Shown here piece by piece: positions 24,603 to 38,497 of a DNA stretch of 64,000 bases. Under the pieces are notes generated by a model. It made no database searches and was not told the DNA's origin. It worked only from the letters and a program-made list of their open reading frames with translations. Numbering within the stretch: the first letter of the stretch is position 1; each line of letters begins with the position of its first letter. The stretch comes from Octopus vulgaris (Eukaryota), in contig OX597836.1 of NCBI GenBank assembly GCA_951406725.2, forward strand, positions 806,001-870,000, in the 5' to 3' direction. Both the position numbers and the translations under genes were made by a program.

Positions 24603-25939
24603 CATCTTTATCCATTTTTTTTTCTTGAGTGCAGAGGCGTTTTTTTCATAGGAGCAAAAAGGAACTGAAAGAACACACACACGCACACACACACGCACAA
24701 CACACACAGCAGTAGAAATAGTAGATAACAATAAAGAGAATGACACCAAGCTAGAGGGAGGTAGAAAAGAGTCAAAGGAGGAGAGAAGATTAGAAGTAGA
24801 CAAGGAAAAAAAGAGACAGAACGAATAGAATATAAAGAGATGGCATATAATGAAGGGGGTGATGGGAAAGAGTTACGTGTGTGTGTTAGAGTCTGCAACT
24901 GTGCAATTAGTATTTTTATTTCATATCTTGTGCACTAATTATATACATACTTTATATATTGTTATTGAAACATAGAATAGGAGTGATTGAGAGATTGACA
25001 GACAGATGTGTGTGTGATAGAGAGAGAGAGGGGGGACAAGAGATATACAGAGAGCTCTACTCAGAGTGACAAAGAGGTAGATTCACTGGGAAATATCAGA
25101 ACCTACATGTACAGCTAGCTTTGAAAGCACTTCAATTATTCACATTTATTTTATACCCATAGTATGTAAATTGCTAATACATTTGCTGTGTTCTGTTTCA
25201 AAACTATTATTTGCTAGTTTTAACCAATACTGCATATATAGGACAGATTTAAACACCTTTTCATATACAAAAAGAGGTATCAGTTTCAAAAATTTTGATA
25301 CTGTTTTATCAGCAACTGAATACCCCCATTAACTGTGTGTAGAAACATTGATTATACACTCGTTAATATTAGGGCTTAAATAATTTGCATTCATGCAGTT
25401 ACGATGGCTATTTTGATTTATAGATTACTGGCTCATTATAAGTATTAGACTTCAATCCTGTTATATACTGAAAATCTATCTATAGATTTTAGCCAGCACT
25501 ATGTAACAGAGAGATGTAACAACTTGATATTATATGCAATATCTCTGTGAACAGAAAGTCTATAGATACACATTGTAATACATAATAGTATATGAGATCA
25601 TTTGAAAAGAGAAGAGACAATACATAGATGTCTGTTTGAACACACAAGAATTGAAAGTATCATCGTTAACATTGTGTTAACATCAACTTTTCCATGCTGG
25701 CAATGGGTAAGACAGAATCTTTTGTGACAGATTTTCTACATGCAGATGCTCTTCAGTTACCAACCTTCGTCTATTTCTAAGAGAGGCCATATTTCACCAT
25801 GGGCAGATGATGTTTTCACAGAATACTGGAAACAAACAGCACTACTTGTGACACTTGCTTACAACTATCATGTGATGTCAAAACAAGGAGACAGGGTTGT
25901 TGGGGGTAGGCTCTGGGGACATTATATATATACTTGTTT

Positions 25940-26285
25940 TAGTTAGGGGACTGCAGCCATGTTAGGGTACCACCTTGAAGAGTTTTAGCTGAACAAGTCA
26001 AGCCCAGTACTTATTTTTTATTTTTTTTTGGGGTGAACCAATAAGTTATGGAGACATAGACAAACCAACACAGTTTGTCAAGCAGTGGTCATGGGTACAA
26101 ATATACATATTTTTATGAAAGAAGCTCATTGTGTATGTGTGCGTGTTTATATACATAAAAATATATATAATATCATATTATATATATATATAATGAGCTT
26201 CTTTTAATTTCTGTCTACCAAATGTGAAGCTATATTAGAAGTCACTTGCCCAAGGCACCATGCATTGGAAGTGAACCTGGAACCA
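25940..26285 (-). mobile_element. Decayed SINE family B
   Basis: gactgcagccatg..caaaccaacac..tctgtctaccaaat..cacttgcccaaggcacca. Confidence 0.7.
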
Positions 26286-26361
26286 CACACACACACACAC
26301 ATATATACACATATAATCATCATCATCATTTAACGTCCACTTTCCATGCTGGCATGAGTTG

Positions 26362-26415
<54 letters not shown>

Positions 26416-26611
26416 ATTTAGCTAAGTGGTTGGTGTTAAGAAGGGCATCCAGCTGTAAAAATCCTGTCAAAACAGTTCCAGAAGACTGGTGTAGACGTCT
26501 GCCTGGCTGGCTCATGCCAAACCATCCCACCCATGCCAGCAAAGAAGGCGGACATTAAACAATGATGATGATAATCACACACATCTGTGTGTGTGTGAAT
26601 GTATGTGTGTT

Positions 26612-26652
<41 letters not shown>

Positions 26653-26759
26653 CATACATGTACAATATATGCATGTGTGTGTATATATATATATATACAT
26701 CGATACATAAAGTATATATGCATGTATTATGTAAGTGCATCTTATATCTATGTGCATAC

Positions 26760-26801
<42 letters not shown>

Positions 26802-27281
26802 TGTATATATGCATACTACACCAATTTGTGTGTGTGCGTATGTATAAAATACAAAGAGAATGAGAGACACAGTATAAGAGTGAGAAGTTAGATAAATCTG
26901 AGTGTGTATATCTATATTTTGATTAGAGGGTTTTGACACTATTTATATACCCTATCCATTCATTGCAACATATGTTCGTGTTTACCTTACAATAATAATA
27001 ACAACAACAGCAACAATAATGTCTAGCACACCTCTATCCTCAGTTTACACACACAGATCTGTGACTTGTTTTATGTTTAAGTACAATTATATTCTGAGGT
27101 GCATATGATGTTGATGTATGCATGTATGCATATAATTATTTCTTTACAGACACAAAAGACAGTTGAATATTTTGAGGGTATAACTCCACACATACCCTTT
27201 GCAGTGCATAATATATTAATATATATTTATACATCTGCATACGAGCTCTTTTACATGGCATAACTCAAGTAAACATTGCCG

Positions 27282-27286
<5 letters not shown>

Positions 27287-27374
<88 letters not shown>

Positions 27375-27378
27375 GTAC

Positions 27379-27409
<31 letters not shown>

Positions 27410-27466
27410 TGTATGTACACACACACATACATATATTATATATATATATATGATGTATGTATGTAC

Positions 27467-27499
<33 letters not shown>

Positions 27500-27600
27500 T
27501 GTACACACACACATACATATATATATTATATATATGAATGTATGTACATATATATAAATATATGTATGTATGCAGATACATATATATATGTATATATAAA
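27287..27600. repeat. (TA)n of about 80 bp followed by a compound TA/TATG array with an approximately 90-bp higher-order unit
   Basis: Direct reading. Confidence 0.9.
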
Positions 27601-28319
27601 TCCTTAAATCTTTAAAAATGTTTTAGCCCGAAGACCGCGGCCATGCTGGGGCACCACCGCTGAATGAGCTACACTAATTTGTGAATCCACCTCTGATACG
27701 TGGCACTTGATCAACAAGGGAGTTCGATGCTGCTGCTCGCATCTGCGTCTCCTGTCGTGAGGTAGGTTCATCTGGGTCTCCCGACAAGAAGAGACCTAGT
27801 TTAATTTTAAAGAAACCCACATCCACACCATGTAAGTCTCTTAGGCATTTAGGGAGGATGTTAAAGAGCTGTGGTCCTCTGGAACCCAAGCTGTTGCAGT
27901 ATCTGGTCCTGTATTTTGATGGTGATGTTGGAATCTTTGTCACCATGCAGTGGCGTCCCGTTCTACGGTTGGGGTAACTTTGAATGCCAAAGTTTGGGAC
28001 AAGACCCTCCAGGATTTTCCAGATGTATATCACCGCATATCTCTCCCGCCTCCGCTCTAGGGAGAAGAGGTTTAATACTTTCAGTCTTTCCCAGTAGCTG
28101 ATATTTTGCATTGAGACGATCTTCTTTGTGTAGCTTCTCTGAATTGCTTCGAGTTATGCTGTTAGTTTTATATTGTGTGGTGACCATAGTTGGGAGCAGT
28201 AGTCCAAGCGGCTGAGGACGAATGTTTTCCAGAGGACCATCAGTGTCTCCTTCTCTCTTGTTCTGAAAGTTCGGAGAATGCATCCAGCTAGCCGTCTGCA
28301 TTTTATCACCAGATTAGTA

Positions 28320-28320
<1 letters not shown>
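27601..28320 (-). mobile_element. CR1/L2-superfamily LINE 3' fragment
   Basis: [28 protein letters not shown] and YWERLKVLNLFSLERRRERY..GPQLFNILP; short 3' UTR; TA microsatellites on both flanks. Confidence 0.85.
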
Positions 28321-28368
<48 letters not shown>

Positions 28369-28393
28369 CATGTACATATATATATGTATGTAC

Positions 28394-28430
<37 letters not shown>

Positions 28431-30479
28431 CACACACATATATATATATATGTATGTATATATGTATCACCGTACATCTACTGCTTTATGCGTGTTAGTT
28501 CGCAAACGCACATTCTAACAGACACTATCACACATACGCATGCGCACGCGACACACACACACGCATACACCATCATCAGGAAACATCAACATGCTAGTGA
28601 TCATTCATACCGTCGGACGTTTACTCACCCAATAACCCCCCCCCCACCGCGCGCACACACACACACACAAACATATGGAAACCAAAGTGATTCGCTCTTA
28701 AAGTTTATTTCAGTTTAACTAATGATTTACAGATTTTCTGAGATAAAAGGATTTGTTTCCATTTCTTTCTTTCTCCTTGCGTTCTCTACCTACTTCCCCT
28801 CTCTCCATCCACCCAGTCTCTTATAATTAGGGCTTTCTCTGTTTTAATTGTTGTTGTGACCTGGTTTCGAATCCTAGTTACATATTGCTTCACTTATGTC
28901 AGTCACGTAACTGAGGCAGATTCTATGCAGTCGCTAATAAAGCGGCATTTGGCACTCAACAAAATCCCTCACTGATTTATGTCGGTAGAACGCCTACGGT
29001 GTTTAGTTACGGTCCTTTACGTACCGTGTTCAAATTCGAGCAAGGCATTCTGCACCTTTCAGTCTTCTGGGGCTCTTAAACTAATCGACACACAATGAGC
29101 CTCTGTGTATGTGTGTTCACGCGTGCACACATACGTAACAGCGTGGAAAAGAATGCTTTGCGGTATTCTGAGTTCAAATCTCACTGAGGTCAAGTTTGCT
29201 TCTCTTTCACTCACATTTCCTCTGCAGCAGGAATCAGTTGTGTTCTCCATACTTGGAGAGGGGCTCTGTTAGCTTCGAAATGTCAAAGACATGCTGAATG
29301 TTTCAAGAGAAAGTCTCCTATCACTATAACTACGATAATTCAGTGTGTATTTAAGAACAGACAGACAGATAGATAAATAGATAGCGACGGAGGCAGATGA
29401 AGAGCATAATCTGTACATGACAAAAAAAACCCAAAAAAACTTGTATTAGGTTACTTTTATTTACACCACTTTTCTATTTTGCAAGGTTCGTAAACTAAGA
29501 AATAATCGATATCTAAGTGAGATGAAATGAAGAGGGCGATGGTAATCCTGTGAAAGGCGGCGGTGCCTCACGCATGGCCACAGTCCAAGGAGGACTGTAA
29601 CGAATATAAGAATGAGTTTATTATATGCGATAGTGGTTGTGAAGTGTCTAGACAAGAAGACCATCGTCTTCACCCAGATTAACCTCGGTTTTAAAAATAA
29701 AATACTTTCCACTTATAAAACGTCTTGGACAAAATTATTGACTAAAATCTTAGAGTTTTCAGCAGATGTTCACTAGCTTTTGTTGTCTATTCATATATGC
29801 GTGCGCGCGTATATATATATATAAATATATATATACACACATACCTCACACATCTTTTATCTTAATCTTTTTACTTGTTTTCAGCCATTTGACCACGACC
29901 ATGCTGGGGTACCGTCTTGAACGGTTTAGTGAATTTATTCGGTTAGACCCTTCAATAAATCGACCCAGTATATTTTTTAGAGTCTGGTACGAACAGAAGT
30001 AACACAGTGACTCAAGGCCCGAGACTCAAGGTTCGTGCGTTGGCACGTACGAAACTCGTGCTCCTTGAGTCATTCTCTTACTTCTGCTAAATATTAGTAA
30101 AGAATATACTCATATTTTGAGTTCTTTTTTTGCCCTAACATACCTAACATATAGGGTTATATATATATAATGAGGGCATATTAACCTCATTAAAAGAAAT
30201 GGGCATTAATACGCGAGTGTACACACATACATACTTACATACACATCCACACACATGTACACAAGCACATATTACAGTGAAGGCTCGTCGCCTTGTAATT
30301 TGGTAGGGAATTCCTTTCATAATCACAAAGTTTTCGGTTCAATCACTGGCCAGGTCGGCGAATTTATATCCTTCACACATGGCATTTCATTCTGACTTCT
30401 CTCCATTAGCCTTTTTATATTTCTTAATATTCTCGTAATCTTCTAATAAGCAACAACCTCCACGTATATGAGTGTGTGT

Positions 30480-30534
<55 letters not shown>

Positions 30535-31443
30535 CTTTTCTTTTACTTGCTTCAGTCTCATTTCACTGCGGCCATGCTGGAGTACCCCCTTTAGTCGAAC
30601 AAATCGTCTCAAGGACTTATTCTTTGTAAGCTTAGTACTTATTCTACTGGTCTCTTTGCCGAACCGTTGAATTACCGGGACATAGACACATCAGTTGTCA
30701 AGCGATGGTGGTGGGACACACATACACACACGTGCGCGCGCGCATACAACGGGCTTCTTTCAGTTTCCGTCTACCAAATCCACTCACAAGGCTTTGCTTG
30801 GCCCGAAGCTACAGTAGAAGACACTTGCTCAAGGTGTCACGCAGTGGGACCGAACCCGAAGCCATGTGATTGGGAAGCCATGTGTATAAATAATATGTAT
30901 ATAGTAAAATCACACACATGCATTCAATAATGCCGACAAGGTGTCTCAAAATCGTTGGTAAACGATCTTGCCTACCTTTCAGTTGCTTCGGGCATCTTTT
31001 CTCCAACTGAACAATAAAGATGTCGTCGTCGTCGTCGTCTCGAGCAGACGACAACTTTCAGAGGCTCTGATTGGTCGATGCAAAACTGAAGCAGACGACC
31101 ATTTCTCGGGAAAGCGATTGGCTGTTGGGGAACGAACCAATAAATAAAAAAAACCCTTGAATGTGTGTGTGTGTGTGTGTGTGTGTAAGCGTTCCTGCCT
31201 GCCTCTGTGTGTGTGTGTGTGTGTGTGTGTGTAAGCGTTCCTGCCTGCCTCTGTGAGAGAGAGAGAGAGAGAGAGAATGAAAATATAGACATGGTGGCAT
31301 GTGTATTTTATGTGTAAAATACATTTGTATATGGATATATGTATATATATATATGTTTATATAAATATATGCATGAGTGTATAATATATATGTATACACA
31401 CACGTGTGTGTGATTGGGAAGCAGGCTTCTTCCCCCGCAGCCA
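30535..31443 (-). mobile_element. SINE family B interrupted by an insertion at 30879-31408
   Basis: Body 30535-30878, head resumes 31409-31443; tgtgattgggaagc duplicated at both junctions. Confidence 0.8.
30974..31141 (-). promoter_or_regulatory. Candidate CCAAT (NF-Y) promoter, Inr and first-exon donor, copy 1
   Basis: Minus-strand AGCCAATCG (core 31121-31117) and GACCAATCAG (core 31074-31070); plus-strand CCAAT 31137-41; TCAGTT ~31010; donor AAG|GTAGGC 30976/30975; CpG-rich. Confidence 0.5.
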
Positions 31444-31912
31444 TTTATGCGATATTCATGGCTTAAGATATATTTTAGTGACGCAAAACCTTTAATCTGT
31501 CATTTATGTTTTCTACTTATTTTGGTATGGCATGTTTTCTGTACGGATCTTATTTGTGTACATTTATAATATAATATAATAAAATATACCATAAAGTAAT
31601 ACGAATAAATAAATAGGTGCGTGTATGAGTTTAAGTATTCAAAAAAAAGGGTGCAATGACTGCTTGGGTGAGAAGACTCGCCATGTTTTGCCAAATTAAT
31701 ATTTTTAGCGATCATTTCGGGTTTTAAAAAGAAGCCTAACAAATTCTTCGCATTTCTCCACTTTTACGAGTTGCAACTGTGAGCATCGCAAGAAAAAAAG
31801 AGGAAAGAAAATCTTGGAAGGACGACACTGTGTTTGTATGTATTTCTGTACCTCGAAATATGTCTGTGTTTCTACGTCCCTGAATATCGGTAACAAATAT
31901 ACATACGCTATA

Positions 31913-31960
<48 letters not shown>

Positions 31961-32324
31961 AATCAGTTGAAACACTCCTGTCCCAACCTGGGACCTTGAA
32001 GACTGTTTAAATGCATAAAAGTATACGAGTCCCTTAATATTTGATATTCAATATTTCATCTATTCAATAAGACAATCAATACCTCATTTCATTTTACTGT
32101 ATATATATTATTTATACAATATATTCTACATTCTACTTTAATATTACAAAGAATATCAATAAAACATAAAAAACAGACAGAGTTGGAATTTCTTTGAATA
32201 ATATATATCCCTCTATACACAATCATACAAACCCCTTTTTATACACACACACACACATATATATACCCGGCTGTTCAATAATGCCGACAAGATGTCTCAA
32301 AATCGTTGGTAAACGATCTTGCCT

Positions 32325-32492
32325 ACCTTTCAGTTGGTTCGGGCATCTTTTTTCCAACTCAACAATAAAGATGTCGTCGTCGTCGTCGTCTCGAGCAGAC
32401 GACAACTTTCAGAGGCTCTGATTGGTCGATGCAAAAATGAAGCAGACGACCATTTCTCGGGAAAGCGATTGGCTGTTGGGGAACGAACCAAT
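32325..32492 (-). promoter_or_regulatory. Candidate CCAAT promoter and first-exon donor, copy 2
   Basis: attgg 32421-25 and 32468-72, ccaat 32488-92, donor AAG|GTAGGC 32327/32326. Confidence 0.5.
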
Positions 32493-32511
32493 AAATAAAA
32501 AAAACCCTTGA

Positions 32512-32551
<40 letters not shown>

Positions 32552-32747
32552 GCGTTCCTGCCTGCCTCTGTGTGAGAGAGAGAGAGAGAGAGAGAGAATG
32601 AAAATATAGACATGGTGGCATGTGTATTTTATGTGTAAAATACATTTGTATATGGATATAGGTATATATATATATGTTTATATAAATATATGCATGAGTG
32701 TATAATATATATGTATACACACACGTGTGTGTGTATGTATGTATGTA

Positions 32748-32781
<34 letters not shown>

Positions 32782-32782
32782 C

Positions 32783-32992
32783 TTTTCTACTCTAGGCACA
32801 AGGCCCAGAATTTTGGGGGACGTACCAGTTGATTTGGTGAACCCCAGTGCACAACTGGTACTTAATTTATCAACCCTGCAAGGATGAAAGACAAAGTCAA
32901 CCTTGGCAGAATTTGAACTCAGAACATGAAAACAGATGAAATACCGCTAAGCATTTCGTGTGGTGGGCTAACATTTCTGCCAGCTCGCCACC
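32783..32992 (-). mobile_element. SINE family A
   Basis: Full-length reverse copy ending ctgccagctcgccacc. Confidence 0.8.
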
Positions 32993-35734
32993 TTCAATAT
33001 ATATACACACACAGAAGTGTATAAGTATGTCAAAGACAGCCCTAAACCCAGTTGAAAAAGGAGGATATTGTATGTGGGGCCAGCATACACCTCCTACAGA
33101 AACAACTAGTGGAGCTCAGAGGAAAGCAAAGAATCGGGATATTTGGTGGGACTCTATTAATATGGTGGGATATTTGGATAGTAATTGTGATATCATTGAT
33201 GATAAAACTGTGATTATGATGATAAGAAAAAATTTAGGATAGAAATCAGAATTAATAGTTATGCCCGTCTCTTATGCATCCACAGCTGATGCAGATTGCT
33301 TGAAAATTTCCTGCCATATTCATTAATTGCCATATTAAAAGTCACTTCTTTTTCTATGAACTTGGATTCAAAACTGGTGGCACATTTCTCTCTATTTCGA
33401 CATATAATTTTTCTTATCTTATTAATTTTACATCCACAGGAGGAATAAATGGAGCAAGGGACAATAGTGAAACTCAGAAAATGGCCATCATCATTATCAT
33501 TTAATATCCGTTTCCCATACCCGAATGGGTTGGTCAGTTTCCCAGGTGCCAAGCTTAACTGTCAGCTTCGACATGGTTTCTATAGCTGGATGTCCCTCTT
33601 AATGCCAACCATTGTACTGAGAGTATTAGGTGATTTTTACGTGGCACCAATACCAGGAAGATCATCAAGTAACTTACAAGACCCTTCAAATGAGGTGGGG
33701 AGTAGTATTGAGAAGGGTGGCTTTGTGTCAGATAAGGAAAGGTGTCTTGCTGTGGAGGAGATACATAGCTACCCCAGTTGGCAAAAAAAAAGGACAGAAG
33801 AAGGAAGAAAGAGAAAATGGTGAAGACATTCCAATGCATAGCCTCAGGTTACAGGGTGGTATATGTAAGTGGAGAGGATTGGATAAGGTGAGTAGGCAAG
33901 ATAAGTTTGTGAGAATGCAAAATGGAATTCTGATATTGACAATCATCAGGGTAACTTAGTTCTGAAAGTGAACCGCTATTAACATCCACCAAATTGGAGT
34001 TTATAAACGTTATTTGGCAACCAAAAGACTGAATCTAACCAAGCTCCACCTGATAATGTTAAAGGTTATATTCTTACAATCAGTCTCTTCTTCCACTTTT
34101 AAAGAATAGGTTTCAGCATACACATATTTTTACCTATTTGATTTGTGTCTGCTCAATCTACAACTCATGTGTCCAAAGGTGACTCCTCAGGTCTACTACT
34201 CAGTGACACTCATTACACACTGAGTAATGATCGTCAGTAACATTTACAAGAAATATGTTAAGGTTTTCTTTTAATATTCCTGCTTGTTTCTGCACATGGA
34301 TTTTGTAACAAGCTAATAAAAGAGAAACTTCATTCTGGACATTACATATTGAAAAGAGTTGCAAGGTGAAACACCCTGGCCTCCTTTACATACATACATA
34401 CATGTATGTATGTATGTATGTATGTGTGTGTATATATATATATTCATATGTGGTGTGTGTTTATGCTTATATAATGTGTATGTGCATGCATATATATATA
34501 TGTCTATATATATGCATGTGTGTGTATATGTGTAAGTGTGTGTGTGTGTGTATGTGTGTGTGTGTGTGTATTTGCATGATATGAGTTAAGGTACGTTACA
34601 TGCATTCAGCATTTTGAACTCCATGTATTCCTTTATATTCTGACAGAGAAAATTGTTAAGAGAATTTATACTATTTTGTCAAATTTCTCTGACAAATGTC
34701 TTGTTTACTTATAAATATCACAATGTAAATTAAGAAAAAACAAGACTAGAAAATTGATTCTGAAATAATTTACTTATAAAATGCTTCCTTGAATTTCACT
34801 GAATACTGTAGGACCAAATTATGTAATAGACAAACTGCATTACAGGCAACCTGCCTGAAAGGGCAGAACCACTGAATAAGAACTGATACTATAAAGAGAA
34901 GTTGTGAATCCTTTAAGCTCCTTCACATTGGACAGTTTCATTTATGAAATGATTTAGAGGCATCCAGTACACTGGATGCTAGGAAAGGCATTTATCCTTT
35001 GAAAGTATTGATGCAATGAACTCCACAAACCACGGTGCAGTTTATCAATGTTGAAGAGCAGTAACCCTGAAATACAAGGTAGAAGGGTCTTGGCCCTTTG
35101 TGCATAGGCCAACCTTTCTAGCACTAGGTGCACAACAAACCACACTCAAGTTTTTTCTGTGAGATTTATGCAACACCATAGTTAGTCTGATTTTCTCTGC
35201 TAGCAAGGTGACATGGACCACAACGACCTACGCAACTCAGCAACTCACACTGGCATGGAAAAATGGATGTGAAATTATGTTGTCAATAATGATCACGATG
35301 ATGATGATGATGATGTGTGTGTGTTGTATAATAGACACACACATACATGTTTATATCTAAATACATGGTGTATAGAAATATGTGTTTGTGTGTGTGTGTG
35401 TGTGGGGGGGGCAGCTGTTCACATGTGTTGTGAGCATATGCATGTATGTGTAATAATTTGATTGGACCAAATTGATGCTAGCAAAAGAAATAACAACATC
35501 AGGATCCAGAACAAGAACAACAACAACAGAAGCAACATCATTCTGAACGGCTGCATCAGAAAGTAGTACGAGAAGAAGAGCCACCAACAACACCAGCTGA
35601 ATCAACAGCAACAACATCAACAGCATCATGACCATCATCATCAAGGCACACATCATAATGTAAAGAAGTATCATCAGTAACAACAACATTTTCTTATCCT
35701 ATATTGTAATACAATAATAATAATAATAATAATG

Positions 35735-35768
<34 letters not shown>

Positions 35769-35947
35769 TGATGATGATGATGATGATGATAATAGCCATC
35801 CATAATGGTAGCTATTTTTAAAATTAATGAAAAAATCCTTTTTAGAAAGAAATTCCTTGAATTGATTTTTTACATATGCATACTCACACACACACCAACA
35901 CATACATTTGTATGTATGTACACACACACATTGTGCATGTATGTATG

Positions 35948-36002
<55 letters not shown>

Positions 36003-37394
36003 ATATATATATATGTATGTATAGATCAATACATATCTTTGCATATGTCTAGAAATGTATATCTATACACACACGTACATATTCATTCATGTGCATATAT
36101 AAATATATACATATATACATATGCATATATTTTGATGATATGCATATATATATATATATATATACATACATATGCGTATTTATATATACATACATAGACA
36201 TGTTCATATATACATACATATTCATATATATATATATGTGTGTGTGTGTATTTATATATGTATACATACATGCACACATACACAAACACTCATTTTTATA
36301 CATGCATAAAAATATGTTTCTGCATACAGACAGAGAAATAGAGGAAGAAAGAAAAACAGGCAACGATTTCAAGATAAATCATATTGCAGAAAGAAAGAAA
36401 GAAAGGAAAAATGAAAGAGAAGGAGAAAAGTAGACAGAAAAGACTGGCAGGAATAGAAGAGTGGTTGAAAGAGAGAGAGAGGGTGAAAGACTGACAGAGT
36501 GAGAGAGAAAGAGCTTGCATGTGAGTTGTAGGCAGAGGTGAAAAGGAGTGTAAAGAGAATTGGTAAGTTGATGGTGGAGATGGAGTGAGACTGAGTGAAA
36601 GAGGAAGTGGAAGGGAAGGAGAAGCTGTGAGATAGTCTCAGAGAATGGCAATCTAATTTCATAATTTCACCAAACTCCTTTTTGTTCCTTCATTATTCCC
36701 CCTCGTTGCACTCCCAAATTATTTTGCTATTTTGCTCCTCTTCCCCCTTACTCTCCTTCTTACTCATATGCTTCACTCTCTATGTCCTCACTCATTCTTC
36801 TCCTGTGTTTTTTTCACCTAATTATTCATTCCTGATGTGTAATTGATAAAATTTGTAGTAAACGAGATATCGTAAAATACTTTGCAATCTAAAGTGATGC
36901 TACATCACATTCTGAGTTCCATTCACACTGAGAGACCAACTTTGCCTTCCATTCCATTCTTCCCTGATTGCTATGTCTTCCAAAATAAAGTACGACCTTG
37001 GATTCGTGTTCCATTTAGGGACTGATCCCTTCAACCAAACTTTGTCATCTCGTATTTCTTTGAATTCTTCTCAACACAACATGGTAAATACCAGTTGTAT
37101 ACTGTGCATCTATTTCCTCTCTCAAGCAATTTTTTGTTTTATGTGTGTGTTACTAATGATTGGTGAATGGCAGAAGAATAGCGGCAGAGCCATTAGAATG
37201 TCTGCAGGTGTTTGTTTTGGCTCTTTATGTTCTCAGTTCAAATCCTGCAAAGGATGGCTTTGTCTTTTATTCCTCTGGCATCCGTAAAATAATGTACCAA
37301 CAAGGACTGAAGTTGAGTTAATTGACTAAACCTTCCCAACAAATTTCTAACCTACATTTGTTAGAAACAATCACTATTATCATTATTATTATTA

Positions 37395-37432
<38 letters not shown>

Positions 37433-37668
37433 GTTATTATTATTGTTATTATTTAATAAGAGTGATTGTTGGCAGAATTAGTAGAGAAAATGTCTTGTCA
37501 TATTAGACATGCTTCCTTCTGTGGCTACTGAGGTCAAACTGTTAAAGTTGTTTCAGCCTTTACTTTTCCAGAGCAATGAAAATGTTTACCAATAATATCT
37601 GTCTGTCTGTCTGTCTAAATAGATTGATAGATAGATAGATAGAAAGGTAGATTTGATAAATATATGAA

Positions 37669-37880
37669 GGCATCTGGCCAAGTGGTTAGGGTGTTACTCT
37701 CACGACCTCAAGGTCATGGTTTCAAATTTCAGACGAGCTGTGCATAGAATGTATTCTTGTGCAAAACACTTCATTTCACATCATTCCAGTCTACTCAGCT
37801 GTAAATGGATAACCCTGCAATGGACTGGCACCCTATCCAGGGGGAATGTTGGCTTGCCTGCCTAGCCAGTGGGGCGGAAT
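37669..37880 (+). mobile_element. tRNA-derived SINE family C
   Basis: A-box tggccaagtgg, B-box-like gtttcaaat, CORE-like actcagctgtaaatgg, then ccctgcaatggactggc..tccagggg. Confidence 0.6.
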
Positions 37881-38497
37881 CATTTGAAAGCTGAAATAAC
37901 ACAAAGCACAGTAACTAGTGATAGGTTTGTCGATACCATGACACCGTGATATATACACATACGTATACACACACACACACACATATAAATACTTGCACAT
38001 ATTTAAAATGGTGATACCTCTCACTCCATACGTTTTGGCTTTGAACCAATGCTACAAATAGTTGTTAGGTTGTGTTGCTATTGTTATTGTTTAACCTGAG
38101 GTCAATCTTGAGCCAACTTATGATCTGGTTCTTACCAGCCATGACCATTCCTTCTTTTCAGGAATCTACAACTATTTTCTTCTTTTTGCTTTTCTTTTCA
38201 AGAAGATACAATATCACCTGAAGTGGTTTTGGCTATTATTTCTAGCTGGATAGGCAATCACATACAGAGTTGTTTTGTTTTAATAACAAGATACTTGTTT
38301 AACTCCAGGCTTGATCGAGTGGACCTGTGATTAAATGAATCATAAATCTGTTTGTATGTCTGTTGAGACATACACACACACCTTTCCAAATGTGTGTGCA
38401 GATATGTGTATGTATTTATGAATTTATATATTTATGAATGCATACTGGCATGTGTGTGTGTCTGTGTATGTACATACATATGTAAGAACCTACTGTG

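Larger units (their letters stand above)
30923..32733 (+). repeat. Local direct duplication: 30923-31412 matches 32274-32733
   Basis: Near-identical sequence with few substitutions; first copy has an extra gtaagcgttcctgcctgcctct unit. Confidence 0.95.

Noticed and set aside
35480-35690. Q/H-rich coding-looking stretch
   Set aside because: Stops in the plus-strand frames and no splice sites; decayed (CAA/CAT)n
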